DNA of 64,000 nucleotides, from the NCBI GenBank assembly GCA_963777805.1, contig CAVZRY010000002.1, positions 485,739 through 549,738 on the forward strand, written 5' to 3'. The notes under the pieces were generated by a model that made no database searches, had not been told where the DNA came from, and was given only the letters and a program-made list of their open reading frames with translations. Source of the stretch: an uncultured Microthrixaceae bacterium. Its GTDB lineage: Bacteria > Actinomycetota > Acidimicrobiia > Acidimicrobiales > DATDAH01. A program made the position numbers and the translations under genes. How positions within the stretch are numbered: position 1 is the first letter of the stretch; every line of letters begins with the position of its first letter. Shown here piece after piece: positions 9,428 through 20,404 of the stretch.

Positions 9428-10452
9428 GTCGGCCGGGAGCGGGGGGCGACCGCCGCCGCGGGCACCGTGGACAGGATGCGGACCAGCACGTCGTTGACGT
9501 CGATGCCGTCGGCCAGGGCCTCGTAGGACAGCACGAGCCGGTGGCGGAGGACGTCGGGGGCGACGTCGAAGACGTCCTGGGGGAGCGCGTAGTCCCGGCC
9601 CCGGAGCAGGGCCAGGGCCCGCCCGGCGGCGACCAGGCCGAGGCTGGCCCGGGGACTGGCGCCGTAGGCGATCATCCCGTTCAGGTCCGACAGGCCGTGG
9701 TCGCCGGGCTCCCGCGTGGCGAACACGACGTTGACGGCGTAGTCGACGACCCCGGGGTCGACATACACCTGGTCGGCGGCGCCCTGGAGGTCGAGCACCT
9801 GCTCGGGGGACAGGATCTGGGTGGCCGACGGCGGGGAGACGCCCATGCGGTGGACGATCTCGGTCTCCTCCGACGGCGAGGGGTAGCCGATGGGGACGTT
9901 CATGAGGAACCGGTCCCGTTGGGCCTCGGGGAGCTGGTAGACGCCCTCGGACTCGATCGGGTTCTGGGTGGCGAGGACGAGGAACGGATCGGGCACGGGG
10001 AAGGTCTGGCCCCCGATCGAGACGTGGCCCTCGGCCATGACCTCGAGCAGCGCGGACTGGACCTTCGCCGGGGCCCGGTTGACCTCGTCGGTGAGCACGA
10101 AGTTGGCGAAGATCGGCCCCAGCTCGACGTCGAAGGTCTCCGAGGACCCCCGGTAGATGCGGGTGCCGACGATGTCGGCGGGCAGCAGGTCGGGCGTGAA
10201 CTGGATGCGCACGAAGGAGCCGCCCACGACCTTGGCCAGGGTCTCGCTGGCGAGGGTCTTGGCCACGCCGGGCACGCCCTCCAGCAGGACGTGACCACGG
10301 GCCAGCAGGCAGGTGAGGAGGCGCTCGATGGCCTGGTCCTGACCGACGATGACCTTCTTCACCTCGAAGAGGGCCTGTTCGAGCAGGGCGGCCCGGTCGG
10401 GACCGGGAGCGTCGTCCGTGGTGGGCGCGGGCGGCGGCGGGGCCTGGGTCAC
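9424..10452 (-). CDS. MoxR-family AAA+ ATPase
   Basis: 342 aa. Walker A LLEGVPGVAKT, Walker B FANFVLTDEVNRA, typical MoxR C-terminus. Confidence 0.9.
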   Translation of the reverse strand: MTQAPPPPAPTTDDAPGPDRAALLEQALFEVKKVIVGQDQAIERLLTCLLARGHVLLEGVPGVAKTLASETLAKVVGGSFVRIQFTPDLLPADIVGTRIYRGSSETFDVELGPIFANFVLTDEVNRAPAKVQSALLEVMAEGHVSIGGQTFPVPDPFLVLATQNPIESEGVYQLPEAQRDRFLMNVPIGYPSPSEETEIVHRMGVSPPSATQILSPEQVLDLQGAADQVYVDPGVVDYAVNVVFATREPGDHGLSDLNGMIAYGASPRASLGLVAAGRALALLRGRDYALPQDVFDVAPDVLRHRLVLSYEALADGIDVNDVLVRILSTVPAAAVAPRSRPT

Positions 10453-10514
10453 GGCGGGTCACCCTACGGCTGGGTCGACGGATCGGGGACGCGCGCCACG
10501 GGTACCGTCGCCCC

Positions 10515-11207
10515 GTGCGGTTGCTCGTGGTGGACGACGAGGTCGACCTGGCCGAGGCTGTGGCGACCGGCCTGCGCCGGGAGGGCCACGCCGTGGACGT
10601 GGCCCACGACGGCGAGGCGGCCCTCGCCGCGGTGGCCGTCGACGAGTACGACCTGGTGCTGCTCGACATCACCATGCCCGGTGAGCACGACGGCCTGGCG
10701 GTGTGCCGGGCCATCCGCGACGGCGCCGCCGCCGGGCCCATGCCCCGGGTGCTGTTGTTGACCGCCAGGGACACCGTCGACGACCGGGTCATCGGCCTCG
10801 ACGCCGGCGCCGATGACTACCTGGTCAAGCCCTTCGCCTTCCGGGAGCTCAACGCCCGGGTGCGCACGCTCCTGCGGCGGGACGCCGCCCCCACGGGAGC
10901 CATCATCGAGGTGGGTGACCTCCGGCTCGACACCGCCCGCCAGGAGGCGACCCGGGACGGACTGGCGCTCGACCTGACGCCCAAGGAGCTGGCGGTCCTG
11001 CACTGGTTCCTGACCCGGCCCGGCGTCGTGGTCTCCCAGGAGGAGCTGCTGACCCACGTGTGGGACGCCAATGCCGATCCCTTCACCGCCACCGTGCGGG
11101 TCACGGTCGGCACCCTGCGCCGCAAGCTCGAGGCCGCCCGGCCCGAAGCCCCCGTCCCGCTGGAGACGATCATCGGCCAGGGCTACCGCCTGCGGGATCC
11201 GGCATGA
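10515..11207 (+). CDS. OmpR-family response regulator (MprA-like)
   Basis: Receiver domain MRLLVVDDEVDLAE...LVLLDITMPG and a winged-helix C-terminus (LTPKELAVLHWF...GQGYRL). Stop overlaps the kinase start (ATGA). Confidence 0.9.
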   Translation: MRLLVVDDEVDLAEAVATGLRREGHAVDVAHDGEAALAAVAVDEYDLVLLDITMPGEHDGLAVCRAIRDGAAAGPMPRVLLLTARDTVDDRVIGLDAGADDYLVKPFAFRELNARVRTLLRRDAAPTGAIIEVGDLRLDTARQEATRDGLALDLTPKELAVLHWFLTRPGVVVSQEELLTHVWDANADPFTATVRVTVGTLRRKLEAARPEAPVPLETIIGQGYRLRDPA

Positions 11208-12412
11208 GCGCCACCCGCACGTCGATCGGCCTGGCCTCCCGGCTGCCGCCGTGGGCCGGTTCCATCCGGGTCCGGCTGACCGTGCTCTACGCGGTGCTCG
11301 TGTTCGGGCTGTCGGCGCTGGTCACCGGCGGGGTCTACCTGGGCCTGCGCCTGTCGCTGTCGGACGAACCGGTGTCCCGCACCTTCAACATCACCCGGGT
11401 CGTCCGCACGCCGCAGGGGACCGTCGAGGTGCCCCAGGGCACGGTGCGGGCCGAGATCCAGGGCCTCGAGGCCGAGGTCAACGACCGGGCCCTCGACGAG
11501 CTGGCCAAGTGGTCCCTGCTCGCTCTCGCCGCCGCGGCGCTGGCGGGAGTGGGCGTGGGCTGGTTCGCCGCCGGACGGGTCCTGCGCCCGGTCGACCGGA
11601 TCACGGGGGTGGCCCGGGAGATCCAGGCCACCGACCTGTCCCGCCGGATCGACCTCGACGGGCCCGACGACGAGATGAAGGAGCTGGCCGACACCTTCGA
11701 CGGGATGCTCGGCCGCCTCGACGAGGCCTTCGCCGGCCAGCGTCACTTCTTCCAGGAGGCCTCCCACGAGCTGCGCAACCCCCTGGCGGTCATCCGGGCC
11801 AACCTCGATGTGGCCCTGGCCGACGACGACGCGTCGGCCGACGAGCTGCGGACCGCCGCGGAGCTGGCCGCCCGGACCGCAGAGCGGATGACCCACACGG
11901 TGGACGACCTGCTGCGCTACGCCCGCAACGAACAGGCCGAGATGCAGCGGGAGCCGGTCGACCTCGGCCCGTTGGTCACCGAGACCGCCGAGGAGTTCCG
12001 GTCGCCGGCCGCGACCCGTTCGCTCCGTGTCGCGGTCGCGGTGCCCGACGGCGAGGTCCGGGTGTCGGGGGACCGCGCCGCCCTGCGGCAGGCCCTGGCC
12101 AACCTGCTCGACAACGCCGTGCGCCTGGCGCCCGAGGGCTCGACCATCGAGGTCGGCACCGGTGTCGACGGTCCGTGGGCCTGGATCGCGGTCCGCGACG
12201 AGGGCCCGGGCATCGCCCCCGATGACCAGCCCCTGGTCTTCCGGCGGTTCTGGCGGGGGGCGGCCGGTGACGGCCCGCGGGGGAGCGGGCTCGGCCTGGC
12301 CATCGTCGACCAGATCCTGGTGGCCCACGGTGGCGCGGCCCGGGTTGCCTCCGAGCCCGGGCGGGGTTCGGTCTTCTCCCTGTGGATCCCCCGGGACCTG
12401 GGAGATCGCTGA
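11204..12412 (+). CDS. Sensor histidine kinase (MprB-like)
   Basis: Start ATG 11204 (MSATRTS...). Two TM segments, HAMP, H-box FFQEASHELRNPLAV, G-box GSGLGLAIVDQI. Confidence 0.9.
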   Translation: MSATRTSIGLASRLPPWAGSIRVRLTVLYAVLVFGLSALVTGGVYLGLRLSLSDEPVSRTFNITRVVRTPQGTVEVPQGTVRAEIQGLEAEVNDRALDELAKWSLLALAAAALAGVGVGWFAAGRVLRPVDRITGVAREIQATDLSRRIDLDGPDDEMKELADTFDGMLGRLDEAFAGQRHFFQEASHELRNPLAVIRANLDVALADDDASADELRTAAELAARTAERMTHTVDDLLRYARNEQAEMQREPVDLGPLVTETAEEFRSPAATRSLRVAVAVPDGEVRVSGDRAALRQALANLLDNAVRLAPEGSTIEVGTGVDGPWAWIAVRDEGPGIAPDDQPLVFRRFWRGAAGDGPRGSGLGLAIVDQILVAHGGAARVASEPGRGSVFSLWIPRDLGDR

Positions 12413-12459
12413 GAACGTCTTTCGGTCGGCTTTCGGGTTGACTGCCTACGTTCCGCGAT

Positions 12460-13649
12460 GTGACCAGCGTCCCCCCGACCCACCAGGTGCCCGTGGCCGA
12501 TTACCCCGATACCCCGCCGCCGATGTTCTCGGCGCGCCCGCCCGACCTGCCGCCCATGGGCGAGCCTCCGGCCCCGGAGGGCCCCCGGCCCCGTCGGGGG
12601 CGGACAGTGGTCGCCGTCATCGCCGGTGTGGCCCTCCTCGCCGGCGGCTTCACCGCCGGATGGGCCGTGAGCAACAGCTCCGACGACAGCGGCGACGACA
12701 CGGCGGCCGCCGCGGCCGCCCCCGCCGTCTCGGTCGAGTCCGACACCGACGACCGGCCGGGCGACGCCCCGCTGGACACCTCCGGCGAGGAGCCGGTGGC
12801 CGCAGTGGCCGACGCCGTGGCGCCGACGGTCGTGCAGATCGAGACGACGACCGGACTCGGGTCCGGTGTCATCTACGACCCCGACGGTCTCGTGCTGACC
12901 GCCGCCCACGTGGTGGAGGGCAGCGACACGGTCACGTTGCGCCTGGCCGACGGCACGAGCCGGGACGGCACGGTGCTCGGCACCGACACCGAGAGCGACA
13001 TCGGCGTCGTGGCCATCGACGGCGGCGGGGCGGATCTGCCCGTGGCCGTGCTGGCCGACGAGGCCCCCGACGTCGGGGACCTGGCCGTGGCCGTCGGCAG
13101 CCCCTTCGCCCTGGACCAGACGGTGACCTCCGGGATCGTCAGCGCTCTGGACCGACCTGCCCCCGCCGGCGGCCCGTCGGTCGGCACGATCCAGACCGAC
13201 GCCCCGATCAACCCGGGCAACTCGGGCGGTCCGCTGGCCAACCGGGACGGCGAGATCATCGGCATCGCCAGCTACATCCAGAGCCAGACCGGCGGCAACA
13301 TCGGCCTCGGGCTTCGCCATCCCCATCGACATCGCGGAGCGGGTGGCCGACGCCCTGGTCGCCGGGGAGCCCGTCGAGTTCGGCTACCTCGGCATCGAGG
13401 GCGGCGACGCCGCCGGTGGCGAGGCGGGCGCCCTGATCGCCGCCGTGGTCCCCGGCTCGCCCGGCCGAGGACGCCGGCCTGCAGCCCGGCGACCTCGTGA
13501 TCGGGCTCAACGGCGACGCCGTCACCAGCTTCGGTGACCTCGGCGTGATCATCCGCCGCCATGTCCCCGGCGACGAGCTCGAGCTCACCGTCTCCCGCGA
13601 CGGCGACGAGCAGCAGCTCACCGCCACCCTCGGCTCCACCGTCGACTGA
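12460..13649 (+). CDS. HtrA/PepD-like S1C serine protease with PDZ domain (2 apparent frameshifts)
   Basis: Catalytic triad contexts TAAHVV, DIGVV, GNSGGPL. The frame must be shifted near 13310 (GNIGLG|FAIPIDIA) and near 13470 (VVPGSP|AEDAGLQPGD) to reach the PDZ domain and TGA 13647-13649. Confidence 0.85.
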
Positions 13650-13654
13650 CGAGC

Positions 13655-13827
13655 GGTCCGGCACCGGCAGTCTGACCGGGTTCCGTCCAGCTGACCCACT
13701 CCGTGGCTGCCTCGGCGACGTCAGTGAACGAGCTCACGCCGGGTGAGGTTCTTCGGGCGCGGGAGCCCGGACCGCCCCCGACGACGGGCCGCCCGTCCCC
13801 ACGCCCCGGCGGTTGCCTCGGTTTCGG
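13655..13827. repeat. MITE-like repeat family, copy E (degenerate left end)
   Basis: Right end gggccgcccgtccccacgccccggcggttgcctcggtttcgg (13786-13827). Internal ccactccgtggc and gtgaggttcttcggg...cccccgacgac match copies at 36.4 and 58.7 kb. Confidence 0.6.
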
Positions 13828-13895
13828 TCTTGTCCCGGGGCTCAGCCGTCCCGGCTGGCCGGGCCAGAAGCAGTGCTCGGTAGGGTCAGCGGGTC

Positions 13896-14967
13896 ATGGA
13901 GATCCTGATCCTGGTCGTGGTGGTCGTCTGCATCCTGCTGGCGCTCATCCCCCGCTACATCGCCGTCCGGGGCCGCACCGAGGCCCCGCCGAAGGCCGAG
14001 CTCCCCGTCCCTCACCCCTGGCCCCGACGGGTCCGGCCGCCGCCTCGTCGACCGCCACCGTCGAGGCGCCGGCCCGCATCGGCGACCGGATCGGCAAGAC
14101 CCGCGAGCGCCTGGCCGGGGCCGTGCGCTCGCTGCGCTCCCGCTCGACCCTCGACGGCACGGTCTGGGACGAACTGGAGGAGGCACTGCTCTCCGCCGAT
14201 GTCGGCGTCGGCACGACCACGGCCCTGCTCGACGGCCTGCGGGAGCAGGTCACCGCAGGGCACGATCGAGGGCCCCGATGCCCTGATCGATGCCCTGAAG
14301 GCCGACGTCGAGGCCCGCTTGGAGGGCGACCGCAGCCTGGCGGTGTCCGAGGACGGCACCACGGTGTGGCTCTTCGTCGGGGTGAACGGCGTGGGCAAGA
14401 CCACCACCATCGGCAAGCTGGCCAAGCGGGAGGTCGACGCGGGCAAGAGCGTCGTGCTGGCCGCCGGGCGACACCTTCCGGGCCGCCGCCGGCCAGCAGC
14501 TGGGGATCTGGGGCGAGCGCACCGGCGCGGACGTGGTCCAGGGCCAGGACGGCGGCGACCCCAGCTCGGTGATCTTCGACGCCGTGCAGCGGGCCGCGGC
14601 CCGGGGCGCCGACCTCGTGCTGGCCGACACCGCCGGTCGCATCCACACCAAGTCCAACCTGATGGAGGAACTGCGGAAGGTGCGCCGGGTCGCCGACCGC
14701 GATCCCGGCGACGTCACCGAGGTCCTGTTGGTGCTCGACGCCACCACCGGCCAGAACGGCCTGGCGCAGGCCCGACAGTTCACCGAAGCCGTCGAGGTCA
14801 CCGGCGTCGTGCTGACCAAGCTGGACGGCTCGGCCCGGGGCGGCATCGTCATCGCCATCCAGGACGACCTGGGCATCCCGGTCAAGCTGGTCGGCCTGGG
14901 CGAGCAGGCCGAGGACCTCATCGTCTTCGACCCCCACGAGTTCGTCGACGCCCTGTTCGAGGGCTAG
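13896..14967 (+). CDS. ftsY: Signal recognition particle receptor FtsY (about 4 apparent frameshifts)
   Basis: N-terminal TM MEILILVVVVVCILLAL. NG domain pieces IGKTRERLAGAV..., GVNGVGKTTTIGKLA, LADTAGRIHTK, VLTKLDGSARGG are spread over three frames. Confidence 0.9.
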
Positions 14968-14977
14968 GAGCAACGCC

Positions 14978-15347
14978 ATGGTCCGCATGATCCTCTTGCC
15001 GCTGCGGTTGCTGCTGTTCCCGTTCCGCTTTGCGGCCGGCTCGGCCAAGGCCGGCTACGTCGCCGGGCGGGCGGTCGGCTTGAGCCGGTCGGTCTTCTTC
15101 GGCCTCGGCTTCGCCTCCGGAGTGCTCGTGGCCTCGCCGAAGGCCCGCAAGGTCGCCTTCGCCGGTGTGGGTCGGGTCACGAAGGCGGTGGCCGAGGCCC
15201 AGGAGAAGGACGAGTCGGCGCCTGTCGCTCCCGACGCCCGCCGTCGCCCCGGACCTGGTCGTCGCTGCCCCGCACGGCGTGGTGCTCGCCGACCCGACCT
15301 CCGGCGACGGCGATGACCCGACCGGGCCGGTGCTGCCGACCGACTAG
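14978..15347 (+). CDS. Hypothetical small membrane protein (possible frameshift near 15230)
   Basis: ORF 14978..15316 has hydrophobic segments (MILLPLRLLLFPF, FFGLGFASGVLVA). Its tail probably continues in ORF 15165..15347. No recognisable family. Confidence 0.35.
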
Positions 15348-15380
15348 CAAGGGTCCCCAGGACAGCACGAGGGGGACGAC

Positions 15381-16343
15381 ATGCGGCTCTGGCCGGAGGA
15401 GTACGAGGACCTGCGGCCCGAGGCCCGGGAGATGATCGGCAGCCTGCTCGGGGCCATGTCCGACGACGCGTTCGGGGCGGGCGACATGCCCGCGGACGCC
15501 TCCGTCGAGGAGAAGGTGGCGCCGGTCCCGGCAGGCGATGGCCAACTTCTTCGCCCCGGTCGCCCGAGGCCGAGGTCCGGGAGATCGCCGGCGGTGTCGT
15601 GCCGGGTGTTCGTGCCCGAGGGCCCGGCCACCGCCGTCTACCTCCACTTCCACGGGGGCGGGATGATCATCGGCGCCCCGGTGATGAACGACGTCGGCAA
15701 CCTGGCCCTGAGCCGACATCACGGCCTGGCGGTGGTGTCCGTCGACTACCGCCTGGCCCCCGAACACCCGTGGCCGGCGGGCCCCGACGACGGGGTGGCC
15801 GTGGCCGCCTGGCTCCTGGAGCACGCCGAGGCCGAGTTCGGCAGCGGTCGACTCATCCTCGGCGGCGAGTCCGCTGGTGGCTACATGGCCGCCGCGGTCG
15901 CCCTGCGCATCCGGGACGAGCTGGACGCCATCGACCGGGTCATCGGCCTGGAGCTCGTGTTCGGCGTCCACGACTGGGGTCGCTCACCCAGCCAGCGGGG
16001 CCTGCGCCCCCATCGGGGCCCCGACCTGCTCGACCCGAGTGGCATCGAGTTCTTCTGTGACCTCTATCTCCCCGGCCGGACCGACGACGAGCGCCGCGAT
16101 CCGGCCATCTCACCCGCCTTCGCCGACCTGACCGGCATGCCCCCCGCTCGCTTCAGCGTCGGCACCGGCGATCACCTCTGCGACGACACCCTCTGGATGG
16201 CCAGCCGCTGGGTGGCCGCCGGCAGCCCGGCCGAGGTCTGGGTCGGCCCCGACCTGCCCCACGGCTTCATGTGGTTCCCCTGCGAGCTGACCAAGCGCTG
16301 GCAGTCCCACATGACCGACTGGTTCACCCGCATCCTGAGCTGA
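15381..16343 (+). CDS. Alpha/beta hydrolase, HSL-type esterase/lipase family
   Basis: Oxyanion HGGG (VYLHFHGGGMIIG), nucleophile elbow GGESAGG, C-terminal DHLCDD and His region. Confidence 0.8.
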   Translation: MRLWPEEYEDLRPEAREMIGSLLGAMSDDAFGAGDMPADASVEEKVAPVPAGDGQLLRPGRPRPRSGRSPAVSCRVFVPEGPATAVYLHFHGGGMIIGAPVMNDVGNLALSRHHGLAVVSVDYRLAPEHPWPAGPDDGVAVAAWLLEHAEAEFGSGRLILGGESAGGYMAAAVALRIRDELDAIDRVIGLELVFGVHDWGRSPSQRGLRPHRGPDLLDPSGIEFFCDLYLPGRTDDERRDPAISPAFADLTGMPPARFSVGTGDHLCDDTLWMASRWVAAGSPAEVWVGPDLPHGFMWFPCELTKRWQSHMTDWFTRILS

Positions 16344-16389
16344 GGTCGGGCGTGCCGTAGCCTCGCCGGACAGTGGAGGGGGAGGGGCG

Positions 16390-19300
16390 GTGACTGCGGG
16401 CACGACCCAGACGGCGACGATCCTGGTCACCGATCTCGTGGGCTCCACCGAGCTCCGCGTCCGGCTGGGCGAGGAGCAGGCCGACGCCCTGCGCCGGGTC
16501 CACGACGACCTGCTCGCCGCCGCGGTCACCGGCCACGGCGGCACGGTGGTCAAAGGACTCGGCGACGGTGTGCTGGCCATGTTCCCCGGCGCCGCCGACG
16601 CGGTGGCGGCCGCGGTGGAGATCCAACAGGAGGCCCATCGCCATGGCCGCCGATCGCCTGAACCAGGAGCTGCCGATCCGGGTGGGCCTGAGTGCGGGTG
16701 ACGTCACCCTGGAGGACGACGACTGCTTCGGCACGCCGGTCATCGAGGCGTCTCGGCTCTGTGCCGCCGCCGACGGCGGGCAGGTGCTGGCCGCCGACCT
16801 GGTCGAGGCGTTGGCCAGGGGGCGGGGCGGCCACGCGTTCCGGGAGGTCGGGGAGCTCGCGCTCAAGGGCCTGCCCGCCCCGGTGCGGACCGTCGAGGTC
16901 GCCTGGGCGCCGGCTGACCAGCGGCCGAGGGACCCAGCCGCCGTTCCCCCCGCTGTTGTACGACGCCCAGAGCATGCCCTTCGTCGGCCGACCCACCGAG
17001 GTCGAGGAGATCACCCGGCTGTGGAAGGAAGCCCTGGCGGGGGAGCGCCGCTGCGCCCTGTTGGCGGGCGAGCCCGGGGTGGGCAAGACCCGGCTGTCCG
17101 GCGAGATCGCCCGACCGGGCCCACGACGACGGGGCCGTCGTGTTGCTCGGCCGGTGCGACGAGGAGCTGGGCCTGCCCTTCCAGCCCTTCGTCGAGGCCC
17201 TGGCCTACTTCGCCACCCAGGCCTCGCCGCTGCCCGAGGACCTCGGTCGCCATCCGGGAGAGCTGCGGCGGCTCTACCCCGAGTTGGCCGACCTCGTCCC
17301 GGGACTGGCCGAGCCGACCCACGGCGACGCCGACGTCGAGCGCCACCGACTCTTCGAGGCGACCGTCGTCCTGGCTCGCCACCACCGCAGAGGCCCACGG
17401 CCTCGTGCTGGTCCTCGACGACCTGCACTGGGCGGGCAAGCCCACGCTGCTCCTCCTGCGCCACCTCCTCCGGGCCGAGGAGGCCAGTCGGATCCTGGTC
17501 ATCGGCACCTACCGCGACACCGACCTGGACCGGACCCATCCGCTGAGCGAGCTGCTCGCCGACCTGCGCCGGTCGCCCGGGGTCGAGCGCTTCCCGCTGT
17601 CCGGGTTCACCACCGAGGAGGTCGAGGCGTTCGTCGCCGCCGCGGCGGGCGAGGAACTGGACGACGCCAAGCGGGCCCTCGCCGCGGCCGTGCACGCCGA
17701 GACCGAGGGCAACGCCTTCTTCGTGGGCGAGGTCCTGCGCCACCTGGCGGAGTCCGGCGCCATCGTCCAGCGCGACGGCGTGTGGCAGGCGGCCGTGGAC
17801 CTGGAGGACATGGCCATCCCCGAGGGGGTACGGGAGGTGATCGGCCGCCGGGTGTCCCGCCTGCCCGACGAGGTCAACGACGTGCTCCGCTGGGCGTCGG
17901 TCATCGGCCGGGACGTCGACTTCGCCGTGTTGGTCGACCTGGTCGACGGCGACGAGGACGACGTGCTCGAGGCCCTGGACGTCGCCATCGACGCCCGCCT
18001 CGTCGAGGAGACCGGAGCGGGTCGCTACCGCTTCGTCCACGCCCTCGTCCGCTCGACCCTGTTGGAGGAGGTGCGTACCACCCGGCGGGTGCGGATGCAC
18101 CTGCAAGATCGGCGAGTCGATCGAGCGGCGGCGACCCGGGGACATCACCGCCCTGGCCCACCACTTCGCCGAGGCCGCCACCGCCGGCGGACTCGACCGG
18201 GCCTGGACTACAACGCCCGGGCGGGGGCCCAGGCCCTCGATCGGGCGGCTTTCGACGAGGCAGCCGGCTTCTACCGCCGGGCCCTGGACCTGCTCGAGGA
18301 CACCGAGACCGAGGACCCGGCGCTCCGCATCGACCTGCTCATCGGCCTCGGGACGGCGCAGCGAGCGGCCGGCGGCGGTGAGCACGACGCGACGCTGCTG
18401 GAGGCCGCGGAGCGGGCGCGGGCCCTCGGCGACGGGATCCGGATGGCCGACGCCCTGTTGGCCGCGTACCGGGGGTGGGGGAGCGTGGCCTTCGCCGTCA
18501 ACGAGCCCCTGGTGGGTCGGATCCGGGACGCGCTGGACCTGTTGGGCGACGACGGCGAGGCGTCGGAGCGACGAGTCCACCTCCTCGTGACCCTCACGCT
18601 GGAGCTGCTGAACGACCCCGAGACCGACCCGTGGTCGTTGCTGGACGAGGCCCACGTAGTACGCAGACCGGCTCGGGTCGCCGGCCCTGTCGGCGCGGGT
18701 GGTCGGTGCTCGGCTCCACGTTCGCAGCGACCTGTCCTCACGGGTCGGCCCCGTCGACGCCTACGACCTCGACGCCTACGAGCAGGACATCGATGCCGTC
18801 GAGGTCGAGACCGCACGTCTGGACGCGGAAGACCCCTGGCTGAGCTCGTTCGGGCCGACTCACCGGACCCAGTGGGCCCTTCGGCGCGGCGACGTCGCCA
18901 CGGCGGCTCGGGGCATCGAGGAGCTGGGCGCGCTGGCCGCCCGTTCGGGACGGATCCTGCACAACTGGATCGCGGCGTTCAACGCGGCCGGGGCGCGGCT
19001 CTACACCGGCGACCACGCCGAGGCCGAGGTGCTGATCGAGCGGGCGGCCGATCTGGGACGGGCCGCCGGCGAGCCTGATGTCGAGCAGTACTGGGGGAAC
19101 CAGATGATCTTCCTCCGCCGCCAGCAGGGCCGGCCCGAGGAGTTGATCGAGATCGCCGAGGCCGTCGTGGCCGAGGAACCGATCGGCTGGGGGGAGTGGT
19201 GCGCCGCCTTGGCCCTGCTCCAGAGCGAGGCAGGAAGAGCCGACGACGCCCGAGCGTCCTTCGACCGGGCCCTCGTGTCCCACGGGTCGTCCGACCACCG

Positions 19301-19712
19301 GCCCTTCGTTCCCACCGCCGTCACGCTCGCCCATGTCGCCGCCGACCTCGGCGCAGCCGACGCTGCGCCCGGGCTCGTCGACCAGATCGAGCCGTTGCGC
19401 GGGCAGATGGTCGGTTGGACGACGCTGGCCAGCCTCGGCCCGGCGGACCTGGTCCTGGGCCGCCTGTACCTGCTCCAGGGACGAACCGAGGACGCGGCGG
19501 CGGCGCTGGTCGCCTCCGCCGAGCTGTGCGAACGGGGTGGGCTGCGCCCATTCCTGGCCCAGACCCGTCTCGCCCAGGGCGAGGTGGCTCGGGCGCAGGG
19601 TGACGAGGCGGTGGCCCGGGCGTTCTTCGAGCAGGCCCTCGAGGTCGCCGAAGCCGGCGACTTCGGCACCACGATCCGCCGCGCCCGCTCCGCCCTCGAC
19701 GCCCTCGGCTGA
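16390..19712 (+). CDS. Class III cyclase-like domain / P-loop NTPase / TPR-like large regulator, paralogue 1 (about 7 frame switches)
   Basis: ILVTDLVGSTELR, KGLGDGVLAMF, GTPVIEASRLC; Walker A GEPGVGKTRL; Walker B LVLDDLHWAGKPTLLLL; ETEGNAFFVGEVLRHL; long helical-repeat C-terminus ending ...RRARSALDALG. Confidence 0.85.
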
Positions 19713-19726
19713 CCCGTCCACAGCCC

Positions 19727-19776
19727 GTTCTGGCTACACCCCTGTGTCGCGGAGAACACGGGGGTGTGCCCAGAAC
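19727..19776. repeat. 50-nt clamp hairpin element #1
   Basis: GTTCTGG-ctacacccctgtgt-cgcggaga-acacgggggtgtgc-CCAGAAC, 15 nt after the paralogue 1 stop. Confidence 0.8.
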
Positions 19777-19819
19777 GGTGGGTGTGGGGTCGTACGCTCG
19801 CCGCAGGAGGTCATGACTG

Positions 19820-20341
19820 ATGGGATTGCTGCGACGGGGTGGTGACGGTCCGCAGGGCCGCAAGTTCCAGATGCGCCAGAAGGCGCTGTCGATCGGCGAC
19901 GACTACTGGGTCGAGGACGAGGACGGCAACAAGGCGTTCAAGGTGAACGGCAAGGCGATGCGGGTGCGTGACACCTGGGTGCTCGAGGATCCCGCCGGCA
20001 ACGAGGTGGCGATGATCCGGGAGAAGAAGCTCTCGGTCCGCGACAAGATCAAGATCGAGTATGCGGGTGGCGGCGAGGCGGTCGTGAAGAAGGCGCTGGT
20101 GGGCATCCGGGACCGCTTCGTCGTCGACGTCGAGGGCGGCGAGGACCTGAAGGTCACCGGCAACATCGTCGACCACGAGTACAAGGTCGAGCGCGACGGC
20201 GACAAGATCGCCGAGGTGTCCAAGAAGTGGTTCCGGCTCCGGGACACCTACGGCGTCGAGATCGAGGACGAGGCCGACACCCTGCTGATCCTCGCCGTCA
20301 CCGTCGCCGTCGACGCCATGGCCCACGACGAGCCCGCCTGA
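19820..20341 (+). CDS. LURP-one-related (DUF567, tubby C-terminal-like fold) protein
   Basis: 173 aa. Pattern FQMRQKALSIGDDYWVEDEDGNKAFKVNGKAMRVRDTWVLEDPAGNEVAMIREKKLSVRDKIKI...YKVERDGDKIAEVSKKWFRLRDTYGVEI resembles LURP-one/DUF567. AGGAGG lies 9 nt upstream. Confidence 0.65.
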   Translation: MGLLRRGGDGPQGRKFQMRQKALSIGDDYWVEDEDGNKAFKVNGKAMRVRDTWVLEDPAGNEVAMIREKKLSVRDKIKIEYAGGGEAVVKKALVGIRDRFVVDVEGGEDLKVTGNIVDHEYKVERDGDKIAEVSKKWFRLRDTYGVEIEDEADTLLILAVTVAVDAMAHDEPA

Positions 20342-20347
20342 CCCGTC

Positions 20348-20397
20348 GTACTGGCGCCCGATTGCGGCGCCATCGCGCCTCGATGAGGCGCCAGAAG
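20348..20397. repeat. 50-nt clamp hairpin element #2
   Basis: GTACTGG-cgcc...ggcg-CCAGAAG between the convergent LURP-one gene and paralogue 2. Shares cgtactggcgcccgatt with element #3. Confidence 0.75.
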
Positions 20398-20404
20398 GGT
20401 TGGC

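Noticed and set aside
8483-10792. Single 769-aa ORF spanning the DUF58 gene, moxR and beyond.
   Set aside because: Only the C-terminal 314 aa (from GTG 9427) look like a real protein (DUF58). The upstream part is an alternative frame of the well-supported MoxR gene and of the divergent response-regulator region.
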